Source of the DNA: Actinobacteria bacterium 69-20
GTDB taxonomy: Bacteria; Actinomycetota; Actinomycetes; Mycobacteriales; Nakamurellaceae
Reading direction: 5' to 3'
Length of the DNA stretch: 64,000 nt
Assembly (NCBI GenBank): GCA_001897425.1
Contig: MKSW01000036.1
Span: forward strand, 158,218-222,217
Shown here: positions 1-9,180 of the stretch, piece by piece
How the letters are laid out: each line of letters begins with the position of its first letter
Numbering within the stretch: position 1 is the first letter of the stretch
The notes under the pieces: model-generated
Database searches by the model: none
The model's input: only the letters and a program-made list of their open reading frames with translations
Told to the model about the DNA's origin: nothing
Translations under genes and position numbers: made by a program

Positions 1-114
1 CATCGCGCGCTGCCGTTCCTGGACGGCCAGCAGCGTCGCGGGCTCCAGCATCACATAACGGCGATCCTTCTCGGGTCGCCGCCGATACCGGTCCCGGATC
101 CGATCGGGCTCCAC
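1..114 (-). CDS. 5' part of a probable class I SAM-dependent methyltransferase (runs off the left edge)
   Basis: The minus-strand frame reads EPDRIRDRYRRRPEKDRRYVMLEPATLLAVQERQRAM after GGAGG plus GTG (114). It resembles the N-terminus of methyltransferases found in polysaccharide clusters, from recall, and only about 38 codons are visible. Confidence 0.4.
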   Translation of the reverse strand, partial: MEPDRIRDRYRRRPEKDRRYVMLEPATLLAVQERQRAM

Positions 115-310
115 ACACACCTCCGTGACGCGCTCGCGGGCGGACTCGGCGCGGTGGTAACTGGCGGCTTGGACCGTCTGTCGGCTGTGCCCTTGTCCCG
201 GACCATAGCAGCGATGCACTCGGTTCATTCGGCTCCGCGTTATTCTGGCAGCGCCAGTCCGGGTCGCGCTTCGCTGTCCGGTCAACCGGGACGAGCGGAG
301 CGGGACGACG

Positions 311-1507
311 ATGGGGCACGCGGGTTCGCGATCAGCGTTGGACCGGTCGGTATCCGAGGGGGCCGCTGTGGCGAACGGCACGGCGAATGGCGCTGCCGGC
401 CCTCGTGTCTGCCATGTGACGACAGCGCACCCGGCCGACGATTCCCGTGTCTTCTGGCGCGAATGCGCCGGGCTTGCCTCGCGCGGTTTCCGGGTGATGC
501 TGATCGCGCGGGCCGATGCCGACGGGTTCCGGCGCGGCGTGCGGATCGTCGCGCTGCCCACCTACGGCAGGCGCGTCGTCCGTATGACGGTCGGCGTGGC
601 GAAGGCATTCCGGCTGGCTTTGCACGCTCGCGCCGACGTCTATCACGTGCACGATCCCGAGCTGGTGCCGATGGTCGTCGCCCTGCGGCTGCTGGGCAAG
701 AAGGTCGTGTACGACGCGCACGAGTGGCTCTCCAAACAGGTCGACGCGAAGCCGTACTTGCGGCCGCGGACCCGGGTCGCGGCGCACGCGCTCACCCGGG
801 CGGTCGAATGGACGGCAAACACGTTCGCCAACCGCGTCATCACGGTGAACGAGGCCTGCGCCGTCATCTACCGCCCCGACAAGGTCCGCATCGTGGCGAA
901 CTTCCCCGATCACCACGGCCAGTTCGAAGCGCCCATGGCAGCTTCGACGGCGCGATTCGTCTATGTGGGCGGGATATCCCGGGTCCGTGGGATCGTGCAG
1001 CAGGTCGCCGCCATGGCCGAACTGGGCCGCACGGACACCGCGCGGATGACGCTCATGGGCTCGTTCGAGGACGCCGTGCTCCAGCAGGAGGTGGCCGACT
1101 CGCCGGGCTGGGCCTATGTCGACTACCTCGGCCCGGTTCCGCATGCCGAGGTCGCCGGGCATCTCGCCGGGGCCGTCGCGGGCTTGGCCACGCTCTTGCC
1201 GACGCCCAACCATCTGATCAGCTCGCCGGTCAAGGTGTTCGAGTACATGGCCTGCGGGCTCCCGGTGATCCTGTCCGACTTCCCCGCCTGGCGGCAGATG
1301 CTGGCCGGGGTCGACGGCGCCGTCTTCGTGGACCCGTCCGACCCGGCGGCGATCGCCGCCGCCATGCGCTCGCTGCTGCACGACCCGGAGCGCGCGGCCC
1401 GCATGGGGGCGGCCGGCCGCCTGGCCATCGACGAACGGTTCAACTGGACGACCCAACTTGACGTGCTCGTCGGCACCTACGGCGAGCTCGGCGTCCGTCC
1501 CGGGTGA
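311..1507 (+). CDS. Glycosyltransferase family 4 (GT-B)
   Basis: Motifs VCHVTTAHPADDSRVF, YHVHDPEL, YDAHE and SPVKVFEYMACGLPVILSD. The start is uncertain and may lie further downstream. Confidence 0.9.
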   Translation: MGHAGSRSALDRSVSEGAAVANGTANGAAGPRVCHVTTAHPADDSRVFWRECAGLASRGFRVMLIARADADGFRRGVRIVALPTYGRRVVRMTVGVAKAFRLALHARADVYHVHDPELVPMVVALRLLGKKVVYDAHEWLSKQVDAKPYLRPRTRVAAHALTRAVEWTANTFANRVITVNEACAVIYRPDKVRIVANFPDHHGQFEAPMAASTARFVYVGGISRVRGIVQQVAAMAELGRTDTARMTLMGSFEDAVLQQEVADSPGWAYVDYLGPVPHAEVAGHLAGAVAGLATLLPTPNHLISSPVKVFEYMACGLPVILSDFPAWRQMLAGVDGAVFVDPSDPAAIAAAMRSLLHDPERAARMGAAGRLAIDERFNWTTQLDVLVGTYGELGVRPG

Positions 1508-1602
1508 CGGCTCCGCCCGGCGGCCAGGTACGCGCGCTGCGATACTGGTGACCGCCGATCGTCGGCCGCTCGCCGCCCCGCCACCGCAAGGAGCCCACGC
1601 CC

Positions 1603-2256
1603 ATGCCCGCACCGCACGCGATTCCTGCCGGCCTGCTCGTTACGGTCGTCGACCACCCGCTGGCCGCATCGCGACTGACGATCATGCGGGACGCCCGCAC
1701 GGACAACGCTTCGTTCCGTTCTGCGGTGCACGAGCTCACGTTGATGTTGGTCTACGAGGCGAGTCGCAACCTGGTCACCGAGGAGTTCCCGCTGCACACG
1801 CCGGTGGCTCGGACCAACGGCGTGCGGCTCACCAACCCGCCGCTGCTCGTGCCGGTGCTGCGGGCAGGCCTCGGCATGGCCGACCAGGCGCACGCGCTGA
1901 TCCCCGAGTCGCAGATGGGCTTCGTCGGCCTGGCTCGCGACGAGGAGACGCTGCTGCCGACCCCGTACATGGAGTCGCTGCCGGAATCCCTTGCGGGACG
2001 GCCGACCTGGGTGCTCGACCCGATGCTCGCGACGGGCGGGTCGATGGTGCACACGATCCGGCTGCTCGTGGAGCGCGGGGCAACGGATGTGACGGCGATC
2101 TGCGCCCTCGCGGCGCCGGAGGGGCTCGAGCACGTGGCCGCGTCCGGGCTGCCGGTCCGGGTGGTCACGGCGGCGGTTGACGAGCGGCTGAATGATTCCG
2201 GCTACATCGTGCCCGGTCTGGGCGACGCGGGCGATCGCCAGTTCGGCGCCGTGTGA
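1603..2256 (+). CDS. upp: Uracil phosphoribosyltransferase
   Basis: Motifs [27 protein letters not shown] and [24 protein letters not shown] upstream. Confidence 0.97.
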   Translation: MPAPHAIPAGLLVTVVDHPLAASRLTIMRDARTDNASFRSAVHELTLMLVYEASRNLVTEEFPLHTPVARTNGVRLTNPPLLVPVLRAGLGMADQAHALIPESQMGFVGLARDEETLLPTPYMESLPESLAGRPTWVLDPMLATGGSMVHTIRLLVERGATDVTAICALAAPEGLEHVAASGLPVRVVTAAVDERLNDSGYIVPGLGDAGDRQFGAV

Positions 2257-2268
2257 TTCCAGCAGACA

Positions 2269-2383
2269 GGTGTGCATGTAACCGGGACGTTCCGGGCATT
2301 CTGCTGCAGGATGCACGCGCTATATGAAGGAGGGTGTGCATCCTGCAGCAATCTGTCGTATTTGTCCCAGTTCTATGCACACT
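2269..2383. repeat. 115-bp imperfect palindrome (48-bp arms, 19-nt loop), REP/MITE-like
   Basis: Arms 2269-2316 and 2336-2383 align without gaps. The inner 15 bp are perfect (TGCTGCAGGATGCAC / GTGCATCCTGCAGCA), and the outer parts share GTGTGCAT..AAC.GGGAC. Confidence 0.85.
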
Positions 2384-2485
2384 CGGATCCGGCGGCTCCG
2401 CGGCGACCCTTCGGTCCATGCAACCCGCGGCGGCTCTCCGTCCGTCTCACCGACAGCACCGGTTCGCGAATCGAGGGGGCCGAGG

Positions 2486-3892
2486 ATGACGAGACACCGA
2501 CCGCGTATGACGATGTTCGCGGCTGCCGCCGCCGTGCTCGTGCTGGCAGGCTGCGCCCAGCCGGGCGTGTCACAGCCCGGGGCAACCGTCTCGTCCAGCA
2601 CGTCCACGTCCGCGGGCGATATGCCCGGCAGGAGCGTCGCGCAAGCATTGGCCGGGCGGACCTTCCTGTCGACCGGCGTCACCGGCCGCGAGCTCGTTCC
2701 TGGCAGCACCATCCGGATGGAGTTCGGCAAGGATGGGTCGGTCTCCGCCTCCGCCGGCTGCAACCAGATGAGCGGCACCCCGCGGTGGGACGGCACCGTG
2801 CTCACGATTCCGAACATGGCCATGACCGAGATAGGTTGCGAGACACCGCGCATGGACCAGGAGCAGTGGTTCGGGGACCTGCTCACGGCCGGGGTCACCG
2901 TCGCGCTGACCGGCAACGAGCTGACCCTGACCGCGGACGGCGTCATACTCGAACTTCTCGACCGGACGGTGGCCGATCCGGACCGGCCGTTGGTCAGCAC
3001 CGAGTGGATTCTGGACGGGATCATCAGCGGTACAGGCGATTCCGGATCGGTGTCCTCGATACCGGATGGCATCCGCGCGACGCTGCGGATCGAGACCGAG
3101 CGCCTGAGCTTCTTCGACGGGCTGAACGGCTGCGGCACCACTCCCGAACCGGGCCGGCGAATCGTGATCGACGGGAACACGGTTCGCGTGCCGGACGCGC
3201 CGGGATGCAGCGCGGTCGGGTGCGGGAACACGGGCGGTGGTGACAGTACGTCGTGTTTCGTCGACATGTCCGTGCTGGGCAGCGATTTCCACTACGAGAT
3301 CACTGGGGGCAGGCTCACCGTCACCGGCCTCGGGTCCACCGCGGGACGGGGCCTAACGTTCCACGCGGCAGACAAACCGGCGCCGGACGACGTGACGGCG
3401 CAGGCGACTGAAACCGGCGTGTCCGCAACCGATGCGCCCGCAACCGGGCCGGGGCCCGACCGGTCGCGGCCCACCCAGGAACCGGCCGCCGCGCAAACCT
3501 CTCCGGAGCATGCTCCGGCCGGAACGTCGTCATCGGCGGACGGTGCTGGACTGATCGGGTACACCTTCCGGCTCACCCGGTTGTTCACCGACGCGGGCGG
3601 AGTCGACACGAAATATCCGGACGCCACGTTCACGATCACGTTCCACGAGCACAGCGCCGACGCGACGTCGAACTGTGGCGACCTGCGCTATCCCGACGTC
3701 CGGTATGGATCCGACCGGAGCAATCCCACGGTCGACCTCGGCACGCCCGTGCGGTCGACCTGCCCCCGCATCCCCGACCTCGGCACCGATCCGTCCGGTG
3801 TGCCGTCGGGGCAACTCATGTTCCGCTTCGCGGACGGCGAGATGTGGCTCTCCACAGGCTATGTCGCGTGGTACTTCGAGCCCGTGGGGTAG
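2486..3892 (+). CDS. META-domain lipoprotein (tandem META/HslJ-like domains)
   Basis: Signal peptide with lipobox LVLAGC. META-like motifs SASAGCNQMSG and MAMTEIGC, then a second domain LVSTEWILDG...FDGLNGC. A GAGGGG RBS before ATG 2486 is preferred to the ORF-track start 2324. Confidence 0.8.
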   Translation: MTRHRPRMTMFAAAAAVLVLAGCAQPGVSQPGATVSSSTSTSAGDMPGRSVAQALAGRTFLSTGVTGRELVPGSTIRMEFGKDGSVSASAGCNQMSGTPRWDGTVLTIPNMAMTEIGCETPRMDQEQWFGDLLTAGVTVALTGNELTLTADGVILELLDRTVADPDRPLVSTEWILDGIISGTGDSGSVSSIPDGIRATLRIETERLSFFDGLNGCGTTPEPGRRIVIDGNTVRVPDAPGCSAVGCGNTGGGDSTSCFVDMSVLGSDFHYEITGGRLTVTGLGSTAGRGLTFHAADKPAPDDVTAQATETGVSATDAPATGPGPDRSRPTQEPAAAQTSPEHAPAGTSSSADGAGLIGYTFRLTRLFTDAGGVDTKYPDATFTITFHEHSADATSNCGDLRYPDVRYGSDRSNPTVDLGTPVRSTCPRIPDLGTDPSGVPSGQLMFRFADGEMWLSTGYVAWYFEPVG

Positions 3893-3992
3893 CGTTCGAC
3901 GTCGATCGCAGTGATATCCCCACCGGTCGGTTCCGGGACGCGACAGGGTGCACCAAGGCTGGCGATGGCGCCGCCTCGGTTACGCTAGCCAG

Positions 3993-4286
3993 ATGAGCCG
4001 CGCACTTGTCGAGCCTCCTGCGCCGCCTCTGCTGGATGAGCAGACTGCGCGGGAGAACGCCGACGCACTCCGGCGTATCGCCGCCAAGTACGGCATCAGC
4101 GCCTTGCGTTTCGCCGCGCTCGGGCGCCTTGTCGGTCGCGTCGATGATGACCGTGGGATGGGTGACCTGGCGGACTTTCAACTCGCTGTCGAGCAGCTAT
4201 TGGGCCGATACGTCGATGTGTTCGCCGACCGGGTGCTGGACAACCCCAACGTCAGCGCGGATCTGGTCGCCGCAACTGCGCTGTGA
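3993..4286 (+). CDS. Small protein resembling a minimal nucleotidyltransferase (MNT antitoxin-like) with a degenerate catalytic motif
   Basis: LRRIAAKYGISALRF...DLADFQLAVEQLLGRYVDV parallels the MntA pattern but lacks GS-x-(A)RG...D-x-D. TACGCT at 3981-3986 lies 6 nt before the ATG, suggesting a leaderless start. Confidence 0.6.
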   Translation: MSRALVEPPAPPLLDEQTARENADALRRIAAKYGISALRFAALGRLVGRVDDDRGMGDLADFQLAVEQLLGRYVDVFADRVLDNPNVSADLVAATAL

Positions 4287-4386
4287 GTTCCCCGCCGCCG
4301 ATACGGCCTGACCGGCAATCACTGCTCGAACTCGATGCGCTTCTTGGCCGCGTGGCCCTCGCCGGATCCGTGCGTCGCGCGCCGCT
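4283..4386 (+). pseudogene. Possible 5' remnant of a translationally coupled partner gene (HEPN-like toxin?)
   Basis: The GTG overlaps the upstream stop (GTGA, 4283-4286). The frame reads VSSPPPIRPDRQSLLELDALLGRVA and after about 34 codons runs antisense into the end of the phosphomutase gene. Confidence 0.35.
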
Positions 4387-6081
4387 CTACAGCCCGAGGA
4401 CGGCGGCGATGTCGGAGCGCAGCTGCGCGAGATCGGCAGCCGCCTGCGCCCGCGCGGCGGTGAGATCCGCAGCGCCTGGATCGACCGCCGTCACCACCTC
4501 CAGGTAGCACTTGAGCTTCGGTTCGGTACCGGACGGGCGCACGACGACGCGTCGGTGGTGGGAGCGCAGGACCACCGCGTCGGTGCGAGGCAGGATATCC
4601 GTCACCTCCGTGACATCCTCCCCGGCGAGCACGGACGGCGGGCCGGATCGCACGCGCGCCATGGCATCCCGGATCAGTGACAGGTCTTCGACGCGGACCG
4701 AGAGCTGGTCGGTGAGGTGTAGCCCGTGCGCCCGGGCCAGGTCGTCCAGTGCGCCCTGCAGGGTGCGACCTGCCGCCTTCAAGCCGGCCGCGAGGTCGCA
4801 CATAAGCATGGCGGCGGAGATGCCGTCCTTGTCCCGTACCGCGTCCGGGTCCACGCAGTGCCCGAGGGCTTCCTCGTACCCGTAGACCAGGCCGGTCCCG
4901 GCGCCGTCGCCGGCCCGCACGATCCATTTGAAGCCGGTGAGTGTCTCGTCGTACCGCGCGCCATGGGCAGATGCGATGTGCCGCAACAACTCTGACGATA
5001 CGATCGTTGTGGCGACGAGTGGGTCCGGGTGCGCGGCGCGGTTCAGCGTGGCCAGTACGTGTTCGCCCAGCAGCACCCCGGTCTCGTCGCCGCGCAGCAT
5101 CCGCCACGCGCCGCCCTTGTTCGAGGGGTCCAGCGGCACCCCGATCGCGCAGCGGTCGGCGTCCGGGTCGTTGGCGATCGCGATGTCCGCGCCGATCGAC
5201 GCCGCGAGCGCCAGCAGCAGGTCGGTTGCCCCGGGCTCCTCGGGGTTCGGGAAGGCGACCGTCGAGAAGTCCGGGTCGGGCACTGCCTGCTCCGGCACCA
5301 CGTGCACATCCGAAAACCCCGCCTGCGCCAGCGCTTTCACCAGCGTCTCTCCGCCGACGCCGTGCATGGGGGTCGCGGCGATCCGCAGTGCGCGCGCCGA
5401 TCCGCGGGGGAGCGAGGCGACGCGATCCAGGTACTGCTGGACCAGGTCCTCCGGCCACGGCTGCGGCGTGCCTGATGCGTCGATCGACACGGCCGCCGGC
5501 ACCGCCGCGATCGCTGCCTCGATGTCGGCGTCGACGGGCGCGACGATCTGCGCGCCGCCGGCGAGGTACACCTTCAGCCCGTTGTCATTCGGGGGGTTGT
5601 GCGACGCCGTCACCTGCAGCGCCGCCGCGGCATTCAGCTTCTGCACGGCGAACGCGGTGATCGGTGTCGGCAGCGGCCCTGGCGCGAGCAGCGCCGTGAA
5701 CCCCGCCGCGGCAAGGACTCTCGCCGCATCGGCAGCGAACTCCGCGGAGCGGTGCCGCGCGTCGTGCCCCACCACCACGGTGCGGCCAGTACCGCCGTCC
5801 GCCGCCAGGTATGACGCTATTCCGGCTGCCGCCCGGCGCACCACCGCCAGATTCATGCCCGCGGCGCCTGCCCGCAGCGGCCCGCGGAGCCCCGCGGTGC
5901 CGAAGGTGAGCGGAGCGCCCATGCGTTCGGCGAGGTCGGCGGCCGCCTCGGCATCGCCCGCGATCGCCGCCACCAGCGCGTGTTGCAGCTCATCCCGATC
6001 GGCCTGGCACGGATCGTCGGCGATCCAGCGCGTGGCCGCGGTACGGAGCCCGGTTGAGAGCCCTGCCGAGAGCCCCGTCAT
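4387..6081 (-). CDS. Phosphosugar mutase (phosphomannomutase/phosphopentomutase, PmmB-like)
   Basis: Motifs [42 protein letters not shown] and [12 protein letters not shown]. Confidence 0.95.
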   Translation of the reverse strand: MTGLSAGLSTGLRTAATRWIADDPCQADRDELQHALVAAIAGDAEAAADLAERMGAPLTFGTAGLRGPLRAGAAGMNLAVVRRAAAGIASYLAADGGTGRTVVVGHDARHRSAEFAADAARVLAAAGFTALLAPGPLPTPITAFAVQKLNAAAALQVTASHNPPNDNGLKVYLAGGAQIVAPVDADIEAAIAAVPAAVSIDASGTPQPWPEDLVQQYLDRVASLPRGSARALRIAATPMHGVGGETLVKALAQAGFSDVHVVPEQAVPDPDFSTVAFPNPEEPGATDLLLALAASIGADIAIANDPDADRCAIGVPLDPSNKGGAWRMLRGDETGVLLGEHVLATLNRAAHPDPLVATTIVSSELLRHIASAHGARYDETLTGFKWIVRAGDGAGTGLVYGYEEALGHCVDPDAVRDKDGISAAMLMCDLAAGLKAAGRTLQGALDDLARAHGLHLTDQLSVRVEDLSLIRDAMARVRSGPPSVLAGEDVTEVTDILPRTDAVVLRSHHRRVVVRPSGTEPKLKCYLEVVTAVDPGAADLTAARAQAAADLAQLRSDIAAVLGL

Positions 6082-6899
6082 GCGCGGTTCACCAGCTCGG
6101 CCAGCAGCGTGCCCATCTTCTCCGCGGACGCCTTGCCCGCCGCGAGTACCTCGGCGTGGTCCAGCGGCTCGCCCGTCATCCCGGCCGCCAGGTTCGTGAC
6201 CATCGACAGCCCGAACACCTCTGCTCCGGCCGCGCGTGCCGCGATCGCTTCGAGAACCGTTGACATGCCGACCAAGTCGGCGCCCATGCCGCGCAACATG
6301 CGGATCTCGGCAGGGGTCTCGTAGTGCGGTCCGGGCAGTTGCGCGTAGACGCCCTCGGACAGCTGCGGGTCGATCTCGCGGGCCAGTGCGCGCAGCCGCG
6401 GGGAGTACAGATCGGTCAGGTCGACGAACGTCGCGCCGACGATCGGGGAGGTGGCCGTCAGGTTCAGATGATCCGAGATGAGCACCGGTTGTCCGGGCAC
6501 GTACTCCTGTCGCAGACCCCCGGCCGCGTTTGTCAGGATCACCAGCTTCGCGCCCGCCGCGACCGCGGTCCGCACGCCGTGCACCACGGCCGCGACGCCG
6601 AGGCCTTCGTAGTAGTGGGTGCGGCCGAGCAGCGCCAGAACTCGTTTGCCGCCCACGGGTATGGACAGCGCCTTGCCCGAATGCCCGGCGACGGACGGTG
6701 CGGTGAAACCGGGCAGGTCCGCGATCGCGACCTCGGCGCTGGGCGTGCCCAGCAACGCGGCGGCCGGGGCCCAGCCGGACCCCATCACGATCGCAACGTC
6801 GTGTCGGAGCACGCCGGTCGCGGTGGCGAGCGCGGTCGCCGCCTTCTGCGCGGCGGTGGCCGGGTCCGGGGCCTCGGGCGAATCATCATGGATCGACAT
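6078..6899 (-). CDS. punA: Purine-nucleoside phosphorylase
   Basis: Motifs [42 protein letters not shown] and VTNLAAG. Overlaps the mutase start by 4 nt. Confidence 0.96.
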   Translation of the reverse strand: MSIHDDSPEAPDPATAAQKAATALATATGVLRHDVAIVMGSGWAPAAALLGTPSAEVAIADLPGFTAPSVAGHSGKALSIPVGGKRVLALLGRTHYYEGLGVAAVVHGVRTAVAAGAKLVILTNAAGGLRQEYVPGQPVLISDHLNLTATSPIVGATFVDLTDLYSPRLRALAREIDPQLSEGVYAQLPGPHYETPAEIRMLRGMGADLVGMSTVLEAIAARAAGAEVFGLSMVTNLAAGMTGEPLDHAEVLAAGKASAEKMGTLLAELVNRA

Positions 6900-6905
6900 G
6901 GTGCG

Positions 6906-6911
6906 AGCGTA
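6906..6911 (-). promoter_or_regulatory. -10 element (TACGCT) for a probably leaderless punA transcript
   Basis: TANNNT hexamer 6 nt upstream of the ATG, with no RBS visible. Confidence 0.55.
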
Positions 6912-7009
6912 ATCGGTGGGGCGCGGCGCGATGTTGCCCGCGCGGCGCGCCTGCCCTCCGCCGCTCGATGGGGGAAGGAGCGCGCGCCACTAGAGTCGGT
7001 TCGGGCGGT

Positions 7010-7088
7010 GCGGTGCCCGTGCCGCTGTGCCCATGACACCGTGCCCGTGACGCTGTGCCCGTGGCGCAGTGCCCATGACGCTGTGTTC
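7010..7088. repeat. Tandem array of five 14-bp units (core GTGCCCRTG) plus a partial sixth
   Basis: GCGGTGCCCGTGCC / GCTGTGCCCATGAC / ACCGTGCCCGTGAC / GCTGTGCCCGTGGC / GCAGTGCCCATGAC / GCTGTGTTC. Confidence 0.85.
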
Positions 7089-7121
7089 GGGCGCGGCCCG
7101 AATCTCGAAGGGAGGCCCGCC

Positions 7122-7850
7122 ATGTCGGACGCCGCCGCGCTCACCGATAGCGCGGGCCAGCGTGCCGCATCGAGCGACCTAGCCCGCGGCGATCGCGCCG
7201 GGGCCGACGATGGTCTCGGGCGGTGCACCCTCGCGGTGCTCACGGCAGGCATACGCCAACCGTCGGCGACGGCGCTGCTCGCGGACCGACTCGCCGATGC
7301 CACCGCGCGCGCCCTACGGCGTTCCGGGATGACGATTCGTCTCGTCGGCGTGGAACTGCGGCCGTACGCCACCGCGCTCGCCGACGCCATGGTCACCGGG
7401 CAGGTGCCGCCCGAGCTGGGGTGCGTCGTCGACTCGGTGACCGGCGCCGACGGCCTGATCGCGGTGACGCCGACCTTCGCGGGCTCGTACGCCGGACTGT
7501 TCAAGTCGTTCTTCGACGTGCTCGATCGGCGGGCGCTCATCGGCATGCCGGTGCTGCTCGGTGCGACCGGTGGCAGCGTCCGGCATTCCCTGGTGATCGA
7601 GTACGCGATGCGACCGTTGCTGAGCTATTTCTACGCGGTGATCGCCCCGACCGGCGTTTTCGCCGCCCCCGGTGATCTCGCCGAACGCACTCCCGCTGGT
7701 GGCCCGGATGACGCGGCTCCAACGGGCGTCGATGCCGCGCCGGATCTGCTCGCTGAACGCATCGACCGGGCGGCCGGCGAAATGGCCGAGCTGGTCCTGG
7801 CGGCCATGCCACGCGAGACCGCCCGCACCCGCGGCCCGGTATCGGCGTGA
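7122..7850 (+). CDS. NAD(P)H-dependent FMN reductase (SsuE/MsuE/CE1759-like)
   Basis: Motifs AGIRQPSAT, IAVTPTFAGSYAGLFKSFFD and GATGGSVRHSLVIEYAMRPL. GGAGG RBS before ATG 7122. Confidence 0.9.
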   Translation: MSDAAALTDSAGQRAASSDLARGDRAGADDGLGRCTLAVLTAGIRQPSATALLADRLADATARALRRSGMTIRLVGVELRPYATALADAMVTGQVPPELGCVVDSVTGADGLIAVTPTFAGSYAGLFKSFFDVLDRRALIGMPVLLGATGGSVRHSLVIEYAMRPLLSYFYAVIAPTGVFAAPGDLAERTPAGGPDDAAPTGVDAAPDLLAERIDRAAGEMAELVLAAMPRETARTRGPVSA

Positions 7851-7857
7851 TGGCAGG

Positions 7858-9069
7858 GTGGTCACGGTGACCGGTGCGGCGGGCCCCGACGCGATCGACC
7901 GCTGGCGGCGGTACCTCGCCGATGAGCATGCCGAGGCGGACGTCTACCGCTACCTCGCGGCGCGGCGCAGCGGCGAGGAGCGGGAGATCCTGCTCGCCCT
8001 GGCCGAGGCCGAGGGTCGGCATGCCGCGCACTGGCGGGAGCTGCTCGCCGCGCACGGCGCGAAGGATGCGGCGATACCGCGCGGGAGCCTGCGCACCAGC
8101 GGGTTGGCTTTCCTGGCAAGGCATTTCGGCTCGGTCTTCGTGCTCGCGCTAGCGCAGCGCGCCGAGGCCCGCTCGCCGTATGCGACCGACGAACACGCCA
8201 CCGACACCATGGCCGCGGACGAGCGGATCCACGGCGAGGTGGTGCGCGGGCTCGCCGCCCGTGGCCGGAGCCGGCTGTCCGGGAGCTTCCGCGCGGCCGT
8301 CTTCGGTGCCAACGACGGGCTGGTGTCGAACCTGGCGCTGATCCTGGGGGTGGGAGCCGCCGGCGCGCCCACCAAGGTCGTGCTGCTCACGGGTCTGGCC
8401 GGGCTGCTGGCCGGCGCGTTGTCGATGGGCGCCGGCGAGTACGTGTCGGTGCGATCCCAGCGGGAGCTGCTGCAGGCCACCGAGCCCGATCCGCACGCGC
8501 GACATGTGTTGCCGCACTTGGATGTCGACGCCAACGAGCTCGCGCTGGTCTACCGGGCACGGGGCATGTCCGCGGCCGCGGCGGATGAACGGGCGCGGCA
8601 GGTGCTGGCGGGCTTGCGGCCCTGGGCGGACGATACCGCTTCCGGCGGAACAGGTTTCGTCGGCGCAGATTCTGACAGCGCGGGTACCGGTAACGCGGGT
8701 TTCGGCGACCCGATCGAGGTGCCCGGCTCGAACGACCCGACCGGAACGGCGGCGGATGCGCCGGCCGACGGCGCGCCGGTCCTCGATCGCCACGAGACGA
8801 TCGGCACGGCCTGGCGTGCGGCCATCTCCAGCTTCTGCTTCTTCGCCTCCGGCGCAGTGGTCCCGGTGCTGCCGTATCTCCTTGGCGCCGTGGGGTTCTG
8901 GGGCCAGATCATCGCGGCCGCACTGGTCGGCGTGGCGCTGCTCGCGACCGGCGCGGTCGTCGGCCTGCTGTCCGGCGGGCCACCGCTGCGGCGCGCGTTG
9001 CGGCAACTCGCCATCGGATATGGCGCAGCTGCCGTCACCTATCTGCTGGGTCTCGCCTTCGGCGCCTGA
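7858..9069 (+). CDS. VIT1/CCC1-family transporter with an N-terminal ferritin/rubrerythrin-like domain
   Basis: N-terminal ExxH motifs (EAEGRH, DERIH). VIT1 motifs AVFGANDGLVSN and ALSMGAGEYVSVRSQRE, with C-terminal TM helices. GTG start at 7858 or 7867. Confidence 0.9.
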   Translation: MVTVTGAAGPDAIDRWRRYLADEHAEADVYRYLAARRSGEEREILLALAEAEGRHAAHWRELLAAHGAKDAAIPRGSLRTSGLAFLARHFGSVFVLALAQRAEARSPYATDEHATDTMAADERIHGEVVRGLAARGRSRLSGSFRAAVFGANDGLVSNLALILGVGAAGAPTKVVLLTGLAGLLAGALSMGAGEYVSVRSQRELLQATEPDPHARHVLPHLDVDANELALVYRARGMSAAAADERARQVLAGLRPWADDTASGGTGFVGADSDSAGTGNAGFGDPIEVPGSNDPTGTAADAPADGAPVLDRHETIGTAWRAAISSFCFFASGAVVPVLPYLLGAVGFWGQIIAAALVGVALLATGAVVGLLSGGPPLRRALRQLAIGYGAAAVTYLLGLAFGA

Positions 9070-9180
9070 GTCGATTCTCGCCTTCGGCGGCTGAGTCGAT
9101 TCCCGGCCATTGCCAACGGGAATGACGTGCCACCGGGTATGACGCTGTTCGCGGCGAATCGCCGGCTCAGCCTTCCGGGA

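Noticed and set aside
7010-7088. 14-bp repeats as CRISPR or plasmid iterons
   Set aside because: The units are contiguous with no spacers, and there is no rep or cas gene nearby.
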